A stretch of DNA of 64,000 nucleotides from NCBI GenBank assembly GCA_040387855.1, contig JAZKCY010000001.1, positions 317,857 through 381,856 of the forward strand, read 5' to 3'. The stretch is from Patescibacteria group bacterium (GTDB taxonomy: Bacteria; Patescibacteriota; Minisyncoccia; Phycocordibacterales; JAKAEA01). The notes beneath the pieces are model-generated. The model saw only the letters and a list, made by a program, of their open reading frames with translations, searched no databases and was not told where the DNA came from. Of the stretch, positions 1 through 9,392 are shown one piece after another. The first letter of the stretch is position 1; each line of letters opens with the position of its first letter. A program made the position numbers and the translations under genes.

Positions 1-902
1 GACTTCTTGATGTATCAGCAGATGATTTGGCTCCAAAGAAAAGCTATTACGGAGCGGGAAGTGATTCATCATATGATTCTATTCAAATCTATTTGAAAGA
101 AATTGGTCAGTATCCACTATTAAACGCGTCACAGGAAAAAGATCTTGCAAAGCGAATTGAAAAGGGAGAACAAGAAGCTAAGAATCTTTTGGCACGAGCC
201 AACCTCCGACTTGTGGTTTCTATTGCCAAGAAGTATGTAGGCCGAAGTCCAGACCTTACCCTTTTGGATCTCATCCAGGAAGGGAACCTGGGCCTCTTTA
301 AGGCTGTAGACAAGTTTGATTGGACCAAAGGCTATAAATTCTCAACCTATGCAACCTGGTGGATCCGACAGGCTATTACACGTGCTCTAGCCGACCAATC
401 ACGAACTATTCGTGTTCCAGTGCACATGGTGGAAACAATTGCTAAGTATAAGCAGGTTGTACGACGACTTGCTCAAGATTTGGGACGAGATCCATTGCCT
501 GAAGAAATCGCTACAGAAATGGGAATGGATGTAGATAAGATTTACAATATCGAAAAGATTGACCAGAGTACTGTTTCACTTCAGAGTCCCGTAGGAGATG
601 ATGGGGGAGATAAAGAATCAGAACTTCAGGATTTCATTGCAGATGATAAAATTCTTTCTCCAGATCAAGATTCATCACGACGAATTATTGGTGATCAAGT
701 TCGTGAGATTCTCAATGATCTTCCAGAAAAAGAACGAAAGATTCTTGAATTGCGACACGGACTCATTGATGGCGTGCAGCACACACTTGAAGAAGTAGGT
801 AAAAAATTTGGTGTGACTCGAGAACGAATTCGACAGATTGAAGCGAAAGCTCATGAAAAGATTCGTCAGCACGAGAAAGTAAACCGGCTTCGAAACTATT
901 AA
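1..902 (+). CDS. rpoD: RNA polymerase primary sigma-70 factor, 5' end truncated by window edge
   Basis: Frame is open from base 3 into track ORF 27..902; region 1.2/2 ([16 protein letters not shown]), region 3 and region 4 HTH ([23 protein letters not shown]) motifs. Confidence 0.85.
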   Translation, partial: LLDVSADDLAPKKSYYGAGSDSSYDSIQIYLKEIGQYPLLNASQEKDLAKRIEKGEQEAKNLLARANLRLVVSIAKKYVGRSPDLTLLDLIQEGNLGLFKAVDKFDWTKGYKFSTYATWWIRQAITRALADQSRTIRVPVHMVETIAKYKQVVRRLAQDLGRDPLPEEIATEMGMDVDKIYNIEKIDQSTVSLQSPVGDDGGDKESELQDFIADDKILSPDQDSSRRIIGDQVREILNDLPEKERKILELRHGLIDGVQHTLEEVGKKFGVTRERIRQIEAKAHEKIRQHEKVNRLRNY

Positions 903-916
903 ATTTAAAAGAAATG

Positions 917-946
917 ATCCCGCTTATGGCGGGGTTGTTTTTTTGC
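917..946 (+). terminator. rho-independent terminator after rpoD
   Basis: hairpin cccgc-ttatg-gcggg followed by gttgttttttttg. Confidence 0.6.
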
Positions 947-1057
947 AAAAAAAAAGCCTAATGACGAGTCCAATCTTTACGAAGGGAATGTTTCATTAGG
1001 TACCTCCTTTCTAGGGGGTAAGGGTGAATTTGCATATCAGCGAAGTTGCTGAGTTTG

Positions 1058-1459
1058 CTAAGAACAGGTGCAGGGGTTCATGAGGTGCACAACCTTAAAT
1101 CGATTTGCACCTTTCATTACGCGTAGGATCTTCAGAACGAAATCGTCGCCGCTCATGTCTTTATTGATTCTGAGCTCGTAATCGTCTTTAACTTCTTTGA
1201 GAAGTACCTCCTTCGCCGATTCAACATCATGTTGATCGGTGATTGAAGGATCCGCTAGAATCTCCACTATTTGTCTAGCCATATTCGGTGCGGATTTGAC
1301 GAAGCGACCAGTGTCCTTCTTTTGCTTCTCCAGTCGAGCATCGAGTTCAGCTTTTTGCCTTGAGGGCAGGCAAGCTGGCTCTTCGAGAGGGTTTGGGGTT
1401 TCTCTTAGGATGACCTTCCTTGGTCCGTAAGTACCGGTAGGAAGTAGAAGCGGATGCAT
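1058..1459 (-). CDS. hypothetical protein, intermediate GC (about 47%)
   Basis: 133-aa ORF with GAGG 5 nt upstream of ATG; no recognisable domain; composition differs from flanking low-GC genes. Confidence 0.4.
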   Translation of the reverse strand: MHPLLLPTGTYGPRKVILRETPNPLEEPACLPSRQKAELDARLEKQKKDTGRFVKSAPNMARQIVEILADPSITDQHDVESAKEVLLKEVKDDYELRINKDMSGDDFVLKILRVMKGANRFKVVHLMNPCTCS

Positions 1460-1580
1460 AAAACCTCACGCAGGGACAATCCCCAACATATCTCAACTCC
1501 ATCTATTATAGTATCATATTTAAGCACATGAGTCAAGTGTCTGTTGGGCTGTGATTTTGGTGTGTTATAATAGGTATATT

Positions 1581-4500
1581 ATGGCTACAAATCAACGTTT
1601 CCAAGAGCTTTATACTCGACTAAATCCCGAGCAGAAAAAGGCAGTAGATACGATTGATGGCCCTGTTATGGTTATTGCTGGACCTGGTACTGGAAAAACT
1701 CAGATTCTTACTTTGCGTATTGCAAATATTTTGAAAGAAACTGATGCGGGACCTGACTCTATTTTAGCTCTTACATTTACCGAGTCGGGAGTGCATGCTA
1801 TGCGAAAGCGATTGGTAGATATTATTGGCAGTGCTGCGTACAAAGTCATGATTACTACATTTCATGGTTTTGCCAATGATGTGATTAAAAATTTCCCTGA
1901 AGAGTTTCCACGAATTATTGGTGCAAATAATGCTACTGATATCGATCAGATTAGATTAATGGAAGGTGTGCTTCAGTCGCTGAGCCTTGAACGGCTAAAA
2001 CCATACGGCGATCCTTTGTATTATGTGCGACCCATTTTGCAAGAGATAAAGCATCTTAAACGTGAAAACATAGATCCTGATGAACTAGAAAAGATAGTTG
2101 CCAAGCAACAAAAAGATTTTGATGTAATTCCTGATTTATACTATGAAAAAGGAGCCTATAAAGGCAAAATGAAAGGCGCATACAAAGATCTTGAAAAGCA
2201 GATTGAAAAAAACAAAGAATTAATTCTTGCATATAGAGGTTATGAGGTAGCCCTTACTAAAGAACGCCTGTTTGATTTTGAAGATATGATTATGGAGGTG
2301 GTGCGGGCAATGAAACGCAATGAAGATTTGCGTTTGCGATTGCAAGAAAAATATCAATATGTGCTTGCCGATGAACATCAGGATGCAAATCAAGCACAAA
2401 ACAGTATTTTGGAGCAGCTTTCAAGCTTTCATGATAACCCCAATCTTTTTATTGTGGGAGATGAAAAGCAAGCAATCTTTCGATTTCAAGGTGCATCACT
2501 TGAAAACTTTCTGTATTTCAAGCGTATCTACCCACAAGCCTCTTTAATTAGTTTAGTTTCAAACTATAGATCTCATCAGACTATTCTCGATGGATCCCAT
2601 AGTGTTATTGAAAAAAATAAAGTAGAAGATGCAAGCTTACGTGTACAACTACAGTCTCAAAGCAAGCTCGTACCTGAAAAAATTCGAATTGCTAACTTTT
2701 TAAAAGTAGAGGATGAGTATCTATTTTTACTAAAAGATATAGAAGATAAAATTAGATCTGGAATTTCTCCCTCTGAAATAGCTATTTTATTTAGAAATAA
2801 TAAAGATGTTTTTCCATTAGTAAAAACATTTGAAAAAACGGCTGTGCCTTTTTCTGTGGAATCTGGACAAGATGTATTGTCTGACGATGATATTTATAAA
2901 TTATTGCTCATTCTCCGTGCCATAAATGAACTTGGAAATAATGCATTACTCATGGATGTTATGTTTATTGATTTCCTCAAGCTCAGTCATATCGATGTAT
3001 TTAGAATTTCCACATATGCAAAGTCACAACGAATTTCTATCTATGATTGTCTCAGAGATGAAAGTTATTTGAATGAGGCCGGAGTCCATAATGTTGAGAA
3101 ATTTGTAGCTTTAAATGAAAAGCTTTCAGACTGGGCATCACTTGCTAAGAATAAAAACATTGTAGACTTTTTTGAGCATATTGTACGAGAGTCGGGATTT
3201 CTTGAGTATATACTTTCTCATAATGGATCATTGGATAAATTGCATAAGCTTGAAGCTTTTTTTGGTGAAGTTAAAAGAGTCGCTCAGAATCATAAAGAAT
3301 ATAAGTTGCGTGATTTTATTACGTATTTAGATTTGCTTAAATCTCACAAGATTTTAATTTCTTCCCAAAATACGAGCGAATCTCGTCAGGGGGTTCGACT
3401 TATGACAGCTCATCGATCAAAAGGATTGGAATTTGATCATGTGTATATAATTGGAGCATGTGATGGTCATTGGGGAAATAAGCGGGATGTGAAGTATTTT
3501 AAAGTTCCACTACCTGGACATAAAGAAGAATATGACGCTATTGATGATGAGCGAAGATTGTTTTATGTGGCACTCACACGTGCTCGAAAAGGATTAACTA
3601 TTACATGGTGTAGTCAGAGTCTAGAAGGAAAGATAGATCAGTTACCATCCCAGTTTTTAGAAGAAATTGCTGAAGATCATAAAGAGCAGATTGATGTTGA
3701 GACTATCCCTAAGCATGAATTAGCCGTACCTAGTTTTTCATTTGCTCCACAATTGAATTTTGGCATTGATCTTAAGGATAAAGAATTCTTAAAAAAGTTA
3801 TTCTTAGATCAAGGTATGGCAGTGACTGCTCTTAACAATTATTTAGACTGCCCATGGAAATGGTTTTTTCAAAATTTGGTGCGAATTCCTCAGCCACAGA
3901 GTAAACATCAATTGTATGGAACTGCAGTACATGAAACGCTCAAATTCTTTTTTGATAAATACAGAATAGAAGAAGATCTGACTAAAGACAGGTTATTAGA
4001 AGTACTAGAAGATAACCTTCGTAAAAAGCCTTTTGAATTAAGAGATTACGAAGACTCACTTAAAAAGGGAAGAGAAGCACTTAGTTTATATTTTGATTTG
4101 TATAAAAACAATTGGCCACGAGCTCTACTTACTGAATTTACTATATCTGGTATTCCTATTAGTTTTGAAGGTTCTGATGCTACACAGCACATTTTGAACC
4201 TTAGAGGACAGCTCGATAAAATAGAATTGGATAACGCGCCCTATGTAACGGTTATAGACTATAAAACAAAAAAGCCAATGACTCGTAATGAGATCGAAGG
4301 TAAGACTAAAAATTCTGATGGGGGATACAAACGCCAGTTGGTATTCTATAAGCTGCTCTTAGATAGATTTGAAGAAAATAAATATACAATGACTACGGGA
4401 ATTATTGATTTTCTTGAATCTGATACAGAAGGGCGATTTAAGAAAGAAGCATTCACTATTAGCCAGGAAGAAGTAGATGAATTAGAAATACTCATCAAAA

Positions 4501-4604
4501 AAACTGCCAAAGAAATTTATGATTTTTCTTTTTGGCAGTCTGTTTGTTCTAAGAAAGATTGTGAATTTTGTAGATTGAGAAAACTAATGGAACAAAAAAG
4601 CTAA
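1581..4604 (+). CDS. UvrD/PcrA-family SF1 helicase fused to C-terminal RecB/Cas4-like PD-(D/E)XK nuclease with Cys cluster (AddA/AddB-like single-chain helicase-nuclease)
   Basis: Walker A VIAGPGTGKTQ, motif II LADEHQD, C-terminal DYKTKKP nuclease motif plus 1+3 Cys pattern (CPWKW ... CSKKDCEFC) typical of Fe-S RecB-family nucleases; track ORF starts 1551 but ATG at 1581 (MATNQRF) is the likelier start. Confidence 0.8.
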   Translation: MATNQRFQELYTRLNPEQKKAVDTIDGPVMVIAGPGTGKTQILTLRIANILKETDAGPDSILALTFTESGVHAMRKRLVDIIGSAAYKVMITTFHGFANDVIKNFPEEFPRIIGANNATDIDQIRLMEGVLQSLSLERLKPYGDPLYYVRPILQEIKHLKRENIDPDELEKIVAKQQKDFDVIPDLYYEKGAYKGKMKGAYKDLEKQIEKNKELILAYRGYEVALTKERLFDFEDMIMEVVRAMKRNEDLRLRLQEKYQYVLADEHQDANQAQNSILEQLSSFHDNPNLFIVGDEKQAIFRFQGASLENFLYFKRIYPQASLISLVSNYRSHQTILDGSHSVIEKNKVEDASLRVQLQSQSKLVPEKIRIANFLKVEDEYLFLLKDIEDKIRSGISPSEIAILFRNNKDVFPLVKTFEKTAVPFSVESGQDVLSDDDIYKLLLILRAINELGNNALLMDVMFIDFLKLSHIDVFRISTYAKSQRISIYDCLRDESYLNEAGVHNVEKFVALNEKLSDWASLAKNKNIVDFFEHIVRESGFLEYILSHNGSLDKLHKLEAFFGEVKRVAQNHKEYKLRDFITYLDLLKSHKILISSQNTSESRQGVRLMTAHRSKGLEFDHVYIIGACDGHWGNKRDVKYFKVPLPGHKEEYDAIDDERRLFYVALTRARKGLTITWCSQSLEGKIDQLPSQFLEEIAEDHKEQIDVETIPKHELAVPSFSFAPQLNFGIDLKDKEFLKKLFLDQGMAVTALNNYLDCPWKWFFQNLVRIPQPQSKHQLYGTAVHETLKFFFDKYRIEEDLTKDRLLEVLEDNLRKKPFELRDYEDSLKKGREALSLYFDLYKNNWPRALLTEFTISGIPISFEGSDATQHILNLRGQLDKIELDNAPYVTVIDYKTKKPMTRNEIEGKTKNSDGGYKRQLVFYKLLLDRFEENKYTMTTGIIDFLESDTEGRFKKEAFTISQEEVDELEILIKKTAKEIYDFSFWQSVCSKKDCEFCRLRKLMEQKS

Positions 4605-5459
4605 TTATTTGTAGTTGGCTTGAATGATGAGCTGAATAATCTGATCCATAACAGTAGCTTGCATTGCACCACTTACGATTAATTTAGTTCCATCATTTGA
4701 TACTGAGAATGGTGCCATACCTCCTGTGCCTTGGCGAGTGAGAATTTGTAGGTTGGTTTGTTCAATGAAATCGATAGTTGCTCTATTGAGAGGTGCTTCT
4801 GAAATGATTACTGTATGAGGAGTTCCAACGGCACCAGCGCTTACTGCCTCATCATATTGCTGCTTAACTTTTGTTGCATACTTTCCACTTGTGAGACATG
4901 TTGAGAACTTTGCTTTGTCGATTCCAATACTTTCAGCAAGAACTGGAAGCTGTGATACTTCAATACCTACGTATTTATCGGTAGCACTTGTTTGGAAATG
5001 TTTTGCAGCAAATACTTTGTTGAGGTACTCCCAGAATTTATCGTTGCCACCAATTTCTGCCGCACATTCTGTAGCTTCAGCTTCTTTTGGTGCGCGTTCA
5101 TGAAAAGCAAAATGTCGATATGCCCATGCGAGTTTGCCATCTTTACCATATTTGTCTACAAGTTTTTGTAACTCAGGATGAAATCGCTGACAAAATGGAC
5201 AATCTGTATCTGAGAACTCAATCATAGAAACCTTGGCATTTGGATTACCTAAGACATGATCTGCTGGAGTTACTGGATTTACGGTGATACTGAGTGACTG
5301 GGTTGCTTGTTTTGCAACTGGACTATCTTTTTTAACAAGAAAGATAGCTCCAGCAATAATAATACCTGCAATAATAATTGAAAATGGCAGTAAGACATTT
5401 GTCTTCGCCGGTTGAGGCTGGTGATCTTGGTAATGATTTTGATCCATAGTAAATGACAA
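4605..5459 (-). CDS. membrane-anchored DsbA-like thiol:disulfide oxidoreductase (thioredoxin fold)
   Basis: N-terminal TM helix, CPFC active-site motif (DTDCPFCQRFHPE), about 60-aa C-terminal extension. Confidence 0.65.
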   Translation of the reverse strand: MSFTMDQNHYQDHQPQPAKTNVLLPFSIIIAGIIIAGAIFLVKKDSPVAKQATQSLSITVNPVTPADHVLGNPNAKVSMIEFSDTDCPFCQRFHPELQKLVDKYGKDGKLAWAYRHFAFHERAPKEAEATECAAEIGGNDKFWEYLNKVFAAKHFQTSATDKYVGIEVSQLPVLAESIGIDKAKFSTCLTSGKYATKVKQQYDEAVSAGAVGTPHTVIISEAPLNRATIDFIEQTNLQILTRQGTGGMAPFSVSNDGTKLIVSGAMQATVMDQIIQLIIQANYK

Positions 5460-5530
5460 TTAGTATGGATATATTCTACCATGGATGACATTTCAAGAAA
5501 ATAAAAAAGCTCTGTCCAGATGGGCAGGGC

Positions 5531-5905
5531 TTATGCGGCTTCGACGACTTCATGTTGAAGCATAACCAGATCTATGTGTTTGTCCGCAGGCTGACCTGCC
5601 AGCAACTTGTTGATCTGGTAGCGAGCAAGCATGAGGCACGCATTCGGCAGGGACTGGTAGCAGTCCCATCTCAAGACCAGCGAATAGCAAAGGGTCTTGT
5701 CGCACGTGCACAGATGGGGCCACACGGTGGCGTCCATTTCCCAGGGCGGGGTCTTGGCAACTAGCTTCTGATCGTAGATCTGCTTGCTGCTTTGCCTGAG
5801 TACGTCCATGCATTGGGGAAGGAAGTCGTCGATGAGGAACCTCCTCCAGTCGTGGGACCTGCCGAGCATTGCCGCCAGATCCATAACTACTTGATTCGTA
5901 AGCAC
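5531..5905 (-). CDS. hypothetical protein encoded in a high-GC island
   Basis: 124-aa ORF, GGAGGTG upstream of start, island about 5520-5960 is about 60% GC against a 35% background; no recognisable domain. Confidence 0.3.
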   Translation of the reverse strand: MLTNQVVMDLAAMLGRSHDWRRFLIDDFLPQCMDVLRQSSKQIYDQKLVAKTPPWEMDATVWPHLCTCDKTLCYSLVLRWDCYQSLPNACLMLARYQINKLLAGQPADKHIDLVMLQHEVVEAA

Positions 5906-5995
5906 GTCACACCTCCGTGTGCTAGGGACAGGGACGTCGTTTATGAGTCACTACCACTAGTATATAAAGACGGATGAGTTCGGTCCAGCTTACAA

Positions 5996-6571
5996 TTAGA
6001 AAGGAAGGGTATGGGTGAGTGAACTTTCATCAATATCATCCCAATTATTTGTATCAAGTGGAATAGTAATTATTTTGCCAGCATCTTTATATTTAAGTTT
6101 GCTGTTTTTAAGTGCGTAGTCATACACCTTTTTTGTAATTTTCACGTCATCCAAACAGTACTGGCGAATTTTCTCAATTTCACCTTGCTTCCACCAGGTG
6201 ATAGCCTGTAAACCGTGCCCAGATTTATTAATATTTAAAGTTCCTTCAGCAATACTATCTAATTTAAATCTGCGTCCTGTAGCATTCTTAATTTCTTTAA
6301 GTAAATCCAAACTTTTTATTTTAGTAAGATCTCCAGGATAGTATTTATTGAGCAGAGGAATATCAAAATGATCAGAATTATATCCAATCAAAATATCTGC
6401 TTTTTCTATAATCGGCCACAATTGGTTTAACTCTTCTTGAAGGTAACTTGTATACTTATTTGTTTCAGAATCCCATACACCTACGAGGGAAAGATCAAGA
6501 AGGGTTGGATCATTTTTACCGACATCTGAAAACATATTTCGGGTTTCAATATCGAAAATAATTTTACGCAT
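5996..6571 (-). CDS. DEDDy-type 3'-5' exonuclease (RNase H-like fold, PolB-exonuclease-like)
   Basis: Exo I FDIET, Exo II YNSDHFDIPLL, Exo III YCLDDV motifs. Confidence 0.6.
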   Translation of the reverse strand: MRKIIFDIETRNMFSDVGKNDPTLLDLSLVGVWDSETNKYTSYLQEELNQLWPIIEKADILIGYNSDHFDIPLLNKYYPGDLTKIKSLDLLKEIKNATGRRFKLDSIAEGTLNINKSGHGLQAITWWKQGEIEKIRQYCLDDVKITKKVYDYALKNSKLKYKDAGKIITIPLDTNNWDDIDESSLTHTLPF

Positions 6572-6574
6572 ACG

Positions 6575-7897
6575 TTATGTTCGTTTTAGGTAATCAATAA
6601 TTTCTTGTTCGTTTGCGAAAGAAGCTTCTGTTTTAGTTGCCAATTCTTTTACAGTAAACTTTTTATCTTTAATCTCATTTTCGCCAATAACCATAATAAA
6701 CGGTATTGCATGCTTATCTGCCCATTTGATTTGATCTCCAACTTTTCTACCAGTGATATCTACTACAGCATTTATACCTTTGCTGCGAAGTGTTTGAGCT
6801 AGGTTTGATGTATATGCAAGTGAAGATTCATCAAATGGACAAAGTGCGATTTGGGTTTTAGAACTAAACTGGGGAAGTAAATTGTGAGTCTCAAGAAAAT
6901 CTCGAATAGTAACATCACCCATACCAAATCCTACTGCAGGAACCTTTTCTACATCAAATACAGCAAGTAATTCATCAAATCTTCCACCTCCAAAAAGTGA
7001 TCGTACATTTGCGGGATCTGTATCATTAACTTCAAATACTATTCCTGTATAGTAATCAAAACCACGAGCAAGGGTTGGATCAAAAACAGCATTTGTGATT
7101 CCAGCTGATGAGAGCTTTTCAAGGAGCTCTTTCGTTTCTGCAAAACCGTTGATTTCTTGTGATGTTTTGTCAGCTAAACGTTTTTGAAGTTCATCAATAT
7201 TCTGCGCATTGAGAGCTAGTACAAAATTATCTGTCTGATCATTCAAGATTTCTTGTATTTGATTTTTGAACTCATCTGCTGAGATCTTCTTTTTCTTATC
7301 TATGAGTTTTGTAATTCTGTATGCATCTTCTTCTTTGAGATTAAATGCATCATGTAATATAAAGTTGAGAATTTTTCTGTTGTTGATGCTTATTTTGAAA
7401 TCTCTTTCTTCTGCACCAAAATGTTTCATAACTGCATGAGCTGTAGAAATAATTTCTACTTCTGCATTAATACCACTAATTCCAAAGAGATCTACATTGA
7501 GTTGGTAGTGTTCTCGCAGACGTCCACGCTGTGGTTTTTCATATCTAAAAAGATTGGGAATAGAATACCATCGAAGAGGGAATGAAAGCTCTTTTCGTTT
7601 TGCTGCAACCATACGAGTTACTGTAGGTGTCATTTCTGGACGTAGTGTTACATCTCTGTCGCCTCTATCTTTGAAAGAGTATGTTTGTTCATTAACAATT
7701 TCTTCTCCAGACTTTGCTTTATACAGCTCGGTTGGTTCTAAAATAGATGCTGCATATTCTTCATAACCAAAGCTTTCAACTGCTTTACGCATAGTAGAGA
7801 AAATATGGTTTTGGATAAACATATCTTCAGGATAAAAGTCCCGAACACCTTTATATGGCTCCGTTCCAAGAGATTTCTTTGTGTTTTCGTCGTTCAT
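6575..7897 (-). CDS. hisS: histidine--tRNA ligase
   Basis: class II aaRS motifs (GVRDFYPEDM, RLREHYQ, GGGRFDEL), anticodon-binding C-terminal domain; track ORF extends to 7960 but the internal Met (MNDENTKK, at 7897) avoids overlap with truB. Confidence 0.85.
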   Translation of the reverse strand: MNDENTKKSLGTEPYKGVRDFYPEDMFIQNHIFSTMRKAVESFGYEEYAASILEPTELYKAKSGEEIVNEQTYSFKDRGDRDVTLRPEMTPTVTRMVAAKRKELSFPLRWYSIPNLFRYEKPQRGRLREHYQLNVDLFGISGINAEVEIISTAHAVMKHFGAEERDFKISINNRKILNFILHDAFNLKEEDAYRITKLIDKKKKISADEFKNQIQEILNDQTDNFVLALNAQNIDELQKRLADKTSQEINGFAETKELLEKLSSAGITNAVFDPTLARGFDYYTGIVFEVNDTDPANVRSLFGGGRFDELLAVFDVEKVPAVGFGMGDVTIRDFLETHNLLPQFSSKTQIALCPFDESSLAYTSNLAQTLRSKGINAVVDITGRKVGDQIKWADKHAIPFIMVIGENEIKDKKFTVKELATKTEASFANEQEIIDYLKRT

Positions 7898-7914
7898 GAG
7901 GTAGATTCTACCAT

Positions 7915-8637
7915 ATGGAACTAGTCTACAAAAGAAGAGGTCAAACGCCACTCCAAGCACTCGATGAACTACGGGGTCAAAAACTAGACTACAAAGATAC
8001 AGCTTTAAGTTATGCGGGGCGACTTGATCCTATGGCCGAGGGACTTATGCTTGTGCTCGTAGGGGAAGAAAATAAAGAACGTGAAAAGTATTTGAATCTT
8101 GATAAAGATTATGTAGTAGATATTTTGTTTGGGATTGAAACTGATACGTATGATGGATTGGGGAAGATATCTGAGATTAAAAATACTGAAATAGAAATAC
8201 TAAATCTGGATAAATATATAGGTAAGTTTGTTCAAGAATATCCACCATATTCATCAAAGCCTGTAAACGGAAAGCCCATGTTTGAATGGGCGAGAGAAGG
8301 TAAATTAGATGAAATAGAAATTCCTACGAAAAAAGTTGAAATATTTTCATGTGAAATTCTATCTAAGAATGTTATTTCAGGTAAAGAACTTATAGAAAAT
8401 GCAGAATTAGATAGCACTTTAATTACTGGTGATTTTAGACAAGAAGAAATTCTTAGTTCTTGGAAGAATGCATTAAAAGAACATGAGAGTAGTGTTTTTA
8501 GTGTGCTAAAAATAAAAGTTTCATGTTCAAGTGGTACGTATATGAGGAGTTTTGCTCATAACCTTGGCAAAGAATTATCGTGCGGTGCAATTGCATATCG
8601 TATTAAACGTACGAAAGTGGGGGAATGGGTAATCTAA
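7915..8637 (+). CDS. truB: tRNA pseudouridine(55) synthase TruB-like
   Basis: catalytic motif AGRLDPMAEGLMLVLVGEENK (TruB HxGTLDPxAxGxL signature), divergent from hisS. Confidence 0.7.
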   Translation: MELVYKRRGQTPLQALDELRGQKLDYKDTALSYAGRLDPMAEGLMLVLVGEENKEREKYLNLDKDYVVDILFGIETDTYDGLGKISEIKNTEIEILNLDKYIGKFVQEYPPYSSKPVNGKPMFEWAREGKLDEIEIPTKKVEIFSCEILSKNVISGKELIENAELDSTLITGDFRQEEILSSWKNALKEHESSVFSVLKIKVSCSSGTYMRSFAHNLGKELSCGAIAYRIKRTKVGEWVI

Positions 8638-8757
8638 GCTCATCCTTGCATTTTTATGGCCTCTTGATATATTAGAGCCAATCGTAAGGTTCTCGTTCGA
8701 TCCTAAGTAATTAGTAGAAGAGAGGTCGCATACGATGTAAGTTAACGTATAAAGGAT

Positions 8758-9054
8758 ATGTCAAAAAAATTGTACATTGGAGGAGTGTCATACAATACGA
8801 CACAGCAAGGCCTTCAGGAAGCTTTTGAGAAATTCGGAAAAGTTGTCTCTGCCCAGATCATTATGGACAAGATGACAGGACGATCTCGAGGTTTCGGTTT
8901 CATTGAAATTGAGGACGCAGATGCAGAAGCAGCAATCAACGGTATGAATGGTGCTACTCTCGACGGCCGAAAGCTCATTGTAAACGAAGCAAAGCCTATG
9001 GTTCCACGGGACCAGTATAAGCGAGCTCCAATGGGAGACCGACAGAGTTACTAA
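8758..9054 (+). CDS. RRM-domain RNA-binding protein
   Basis: RNP-2 LYIGGV and RNP-1 RGFGFIEI motifs, 98 aa. Confidence 0.8.
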   Translation: MSKKLYIGGVSYNTTQQGLQEAFEKFGKVVSAQIIMDKMTGRSRGFGFIEIEDADAEAAINGMNGATLDGRKLIVNEAKPMVPRDQYKRAPMGDRQSY

Positions 9055-9076
9055 ATTCTAAGGTTTTCTACAAAAC

Positions 9077-9114
9077 AAAAATCCCGAACCGAAAGGTGAG
9101 GGATTTTTGTTTGC
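9077..9114. terminator. bidirectional rho-independent terminator
   Basis: aaaaatccc-gaaccgaaaggtga-gggattttt hairpin with flanking A/T runs, between convergent genes. Confidence 0.6.
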
Positions 9115-9321
9115 TTAAATCAGACCTAATTTATTCTTTATAACTCGGTTATCATCTTCAAGATTAGTGATTCTTCGTTCTTGGCTTGAGGTGTTTTTCT
9201 CGACGGTTACTAATCTTGATTCTATTCGATCAAATCTTGCATCGACTTTATCAAATCGATCAGACATTTGGCCTGAAAGTGAATTTATAAGAGTTTCTAA
9301 TCTTTGAAATCCTTGTTCCAT
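9115..9321 (-). CDS. small coiled-coil hypothetical protein
   Basis: 68-aa ORF, heptad-like charged sequence; no known domain. Confidence 0.35.
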   Translation of the reverse strand: MEQGFQRLETLINSLSGQMSDRFDKVDARFDRIESRLVTVEKNTSSQERRITNLEDDNRVIKNKLGLI

Positions 9322-9392
9322 ATAGATCTATTTTATTCTTGTTAATGCTCCAAGTAAAGCACATCAAGATAAAATAAAACTGAAGTAGGGAA

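Noticed and set aside
598-948. Short antisense or alternative-frame ORFs inside low-GC genes (e.g. 598..798, 675..872, 763..948, 2320..2547, 23703..24074, 27841..28053, 39489..39779, 53716..53994)
   Set aside because: AT-rich sequence yields Lys/Asn/Ile/Phe-rich chance frames. They are nested within well-supported genes on the other strand or frame and have no motifs.
7898-7960. Long N-terminal extensions of hisS (to 7960), the helicase (from 1551), the REC gene (to 38662), the kinase (to 40289) and ZIP (to 44831) in the ORF track
   Set aside because: Each extension overlaps the neighbouring gene or uses a GTG/TTG upstream of a well-placed ATG. The internal Met starts give canonical N-termini (MNDEN…, MATNQRF…, MSKKILVIED…, MSSSHLEQ…, MIIPVALSV…).
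8640-8757. Possible tRNA or small RNA between truB and the RRM gene (sequence aggttctcgttcgatcc resembles a T-arm)
   Set aside because: No acceptor stem, D-arm or anticodon arm could be built around it. It lacks the GTTCGAATCC-type T-loop with proper flanks. It is probably just promoter/leader sequence.
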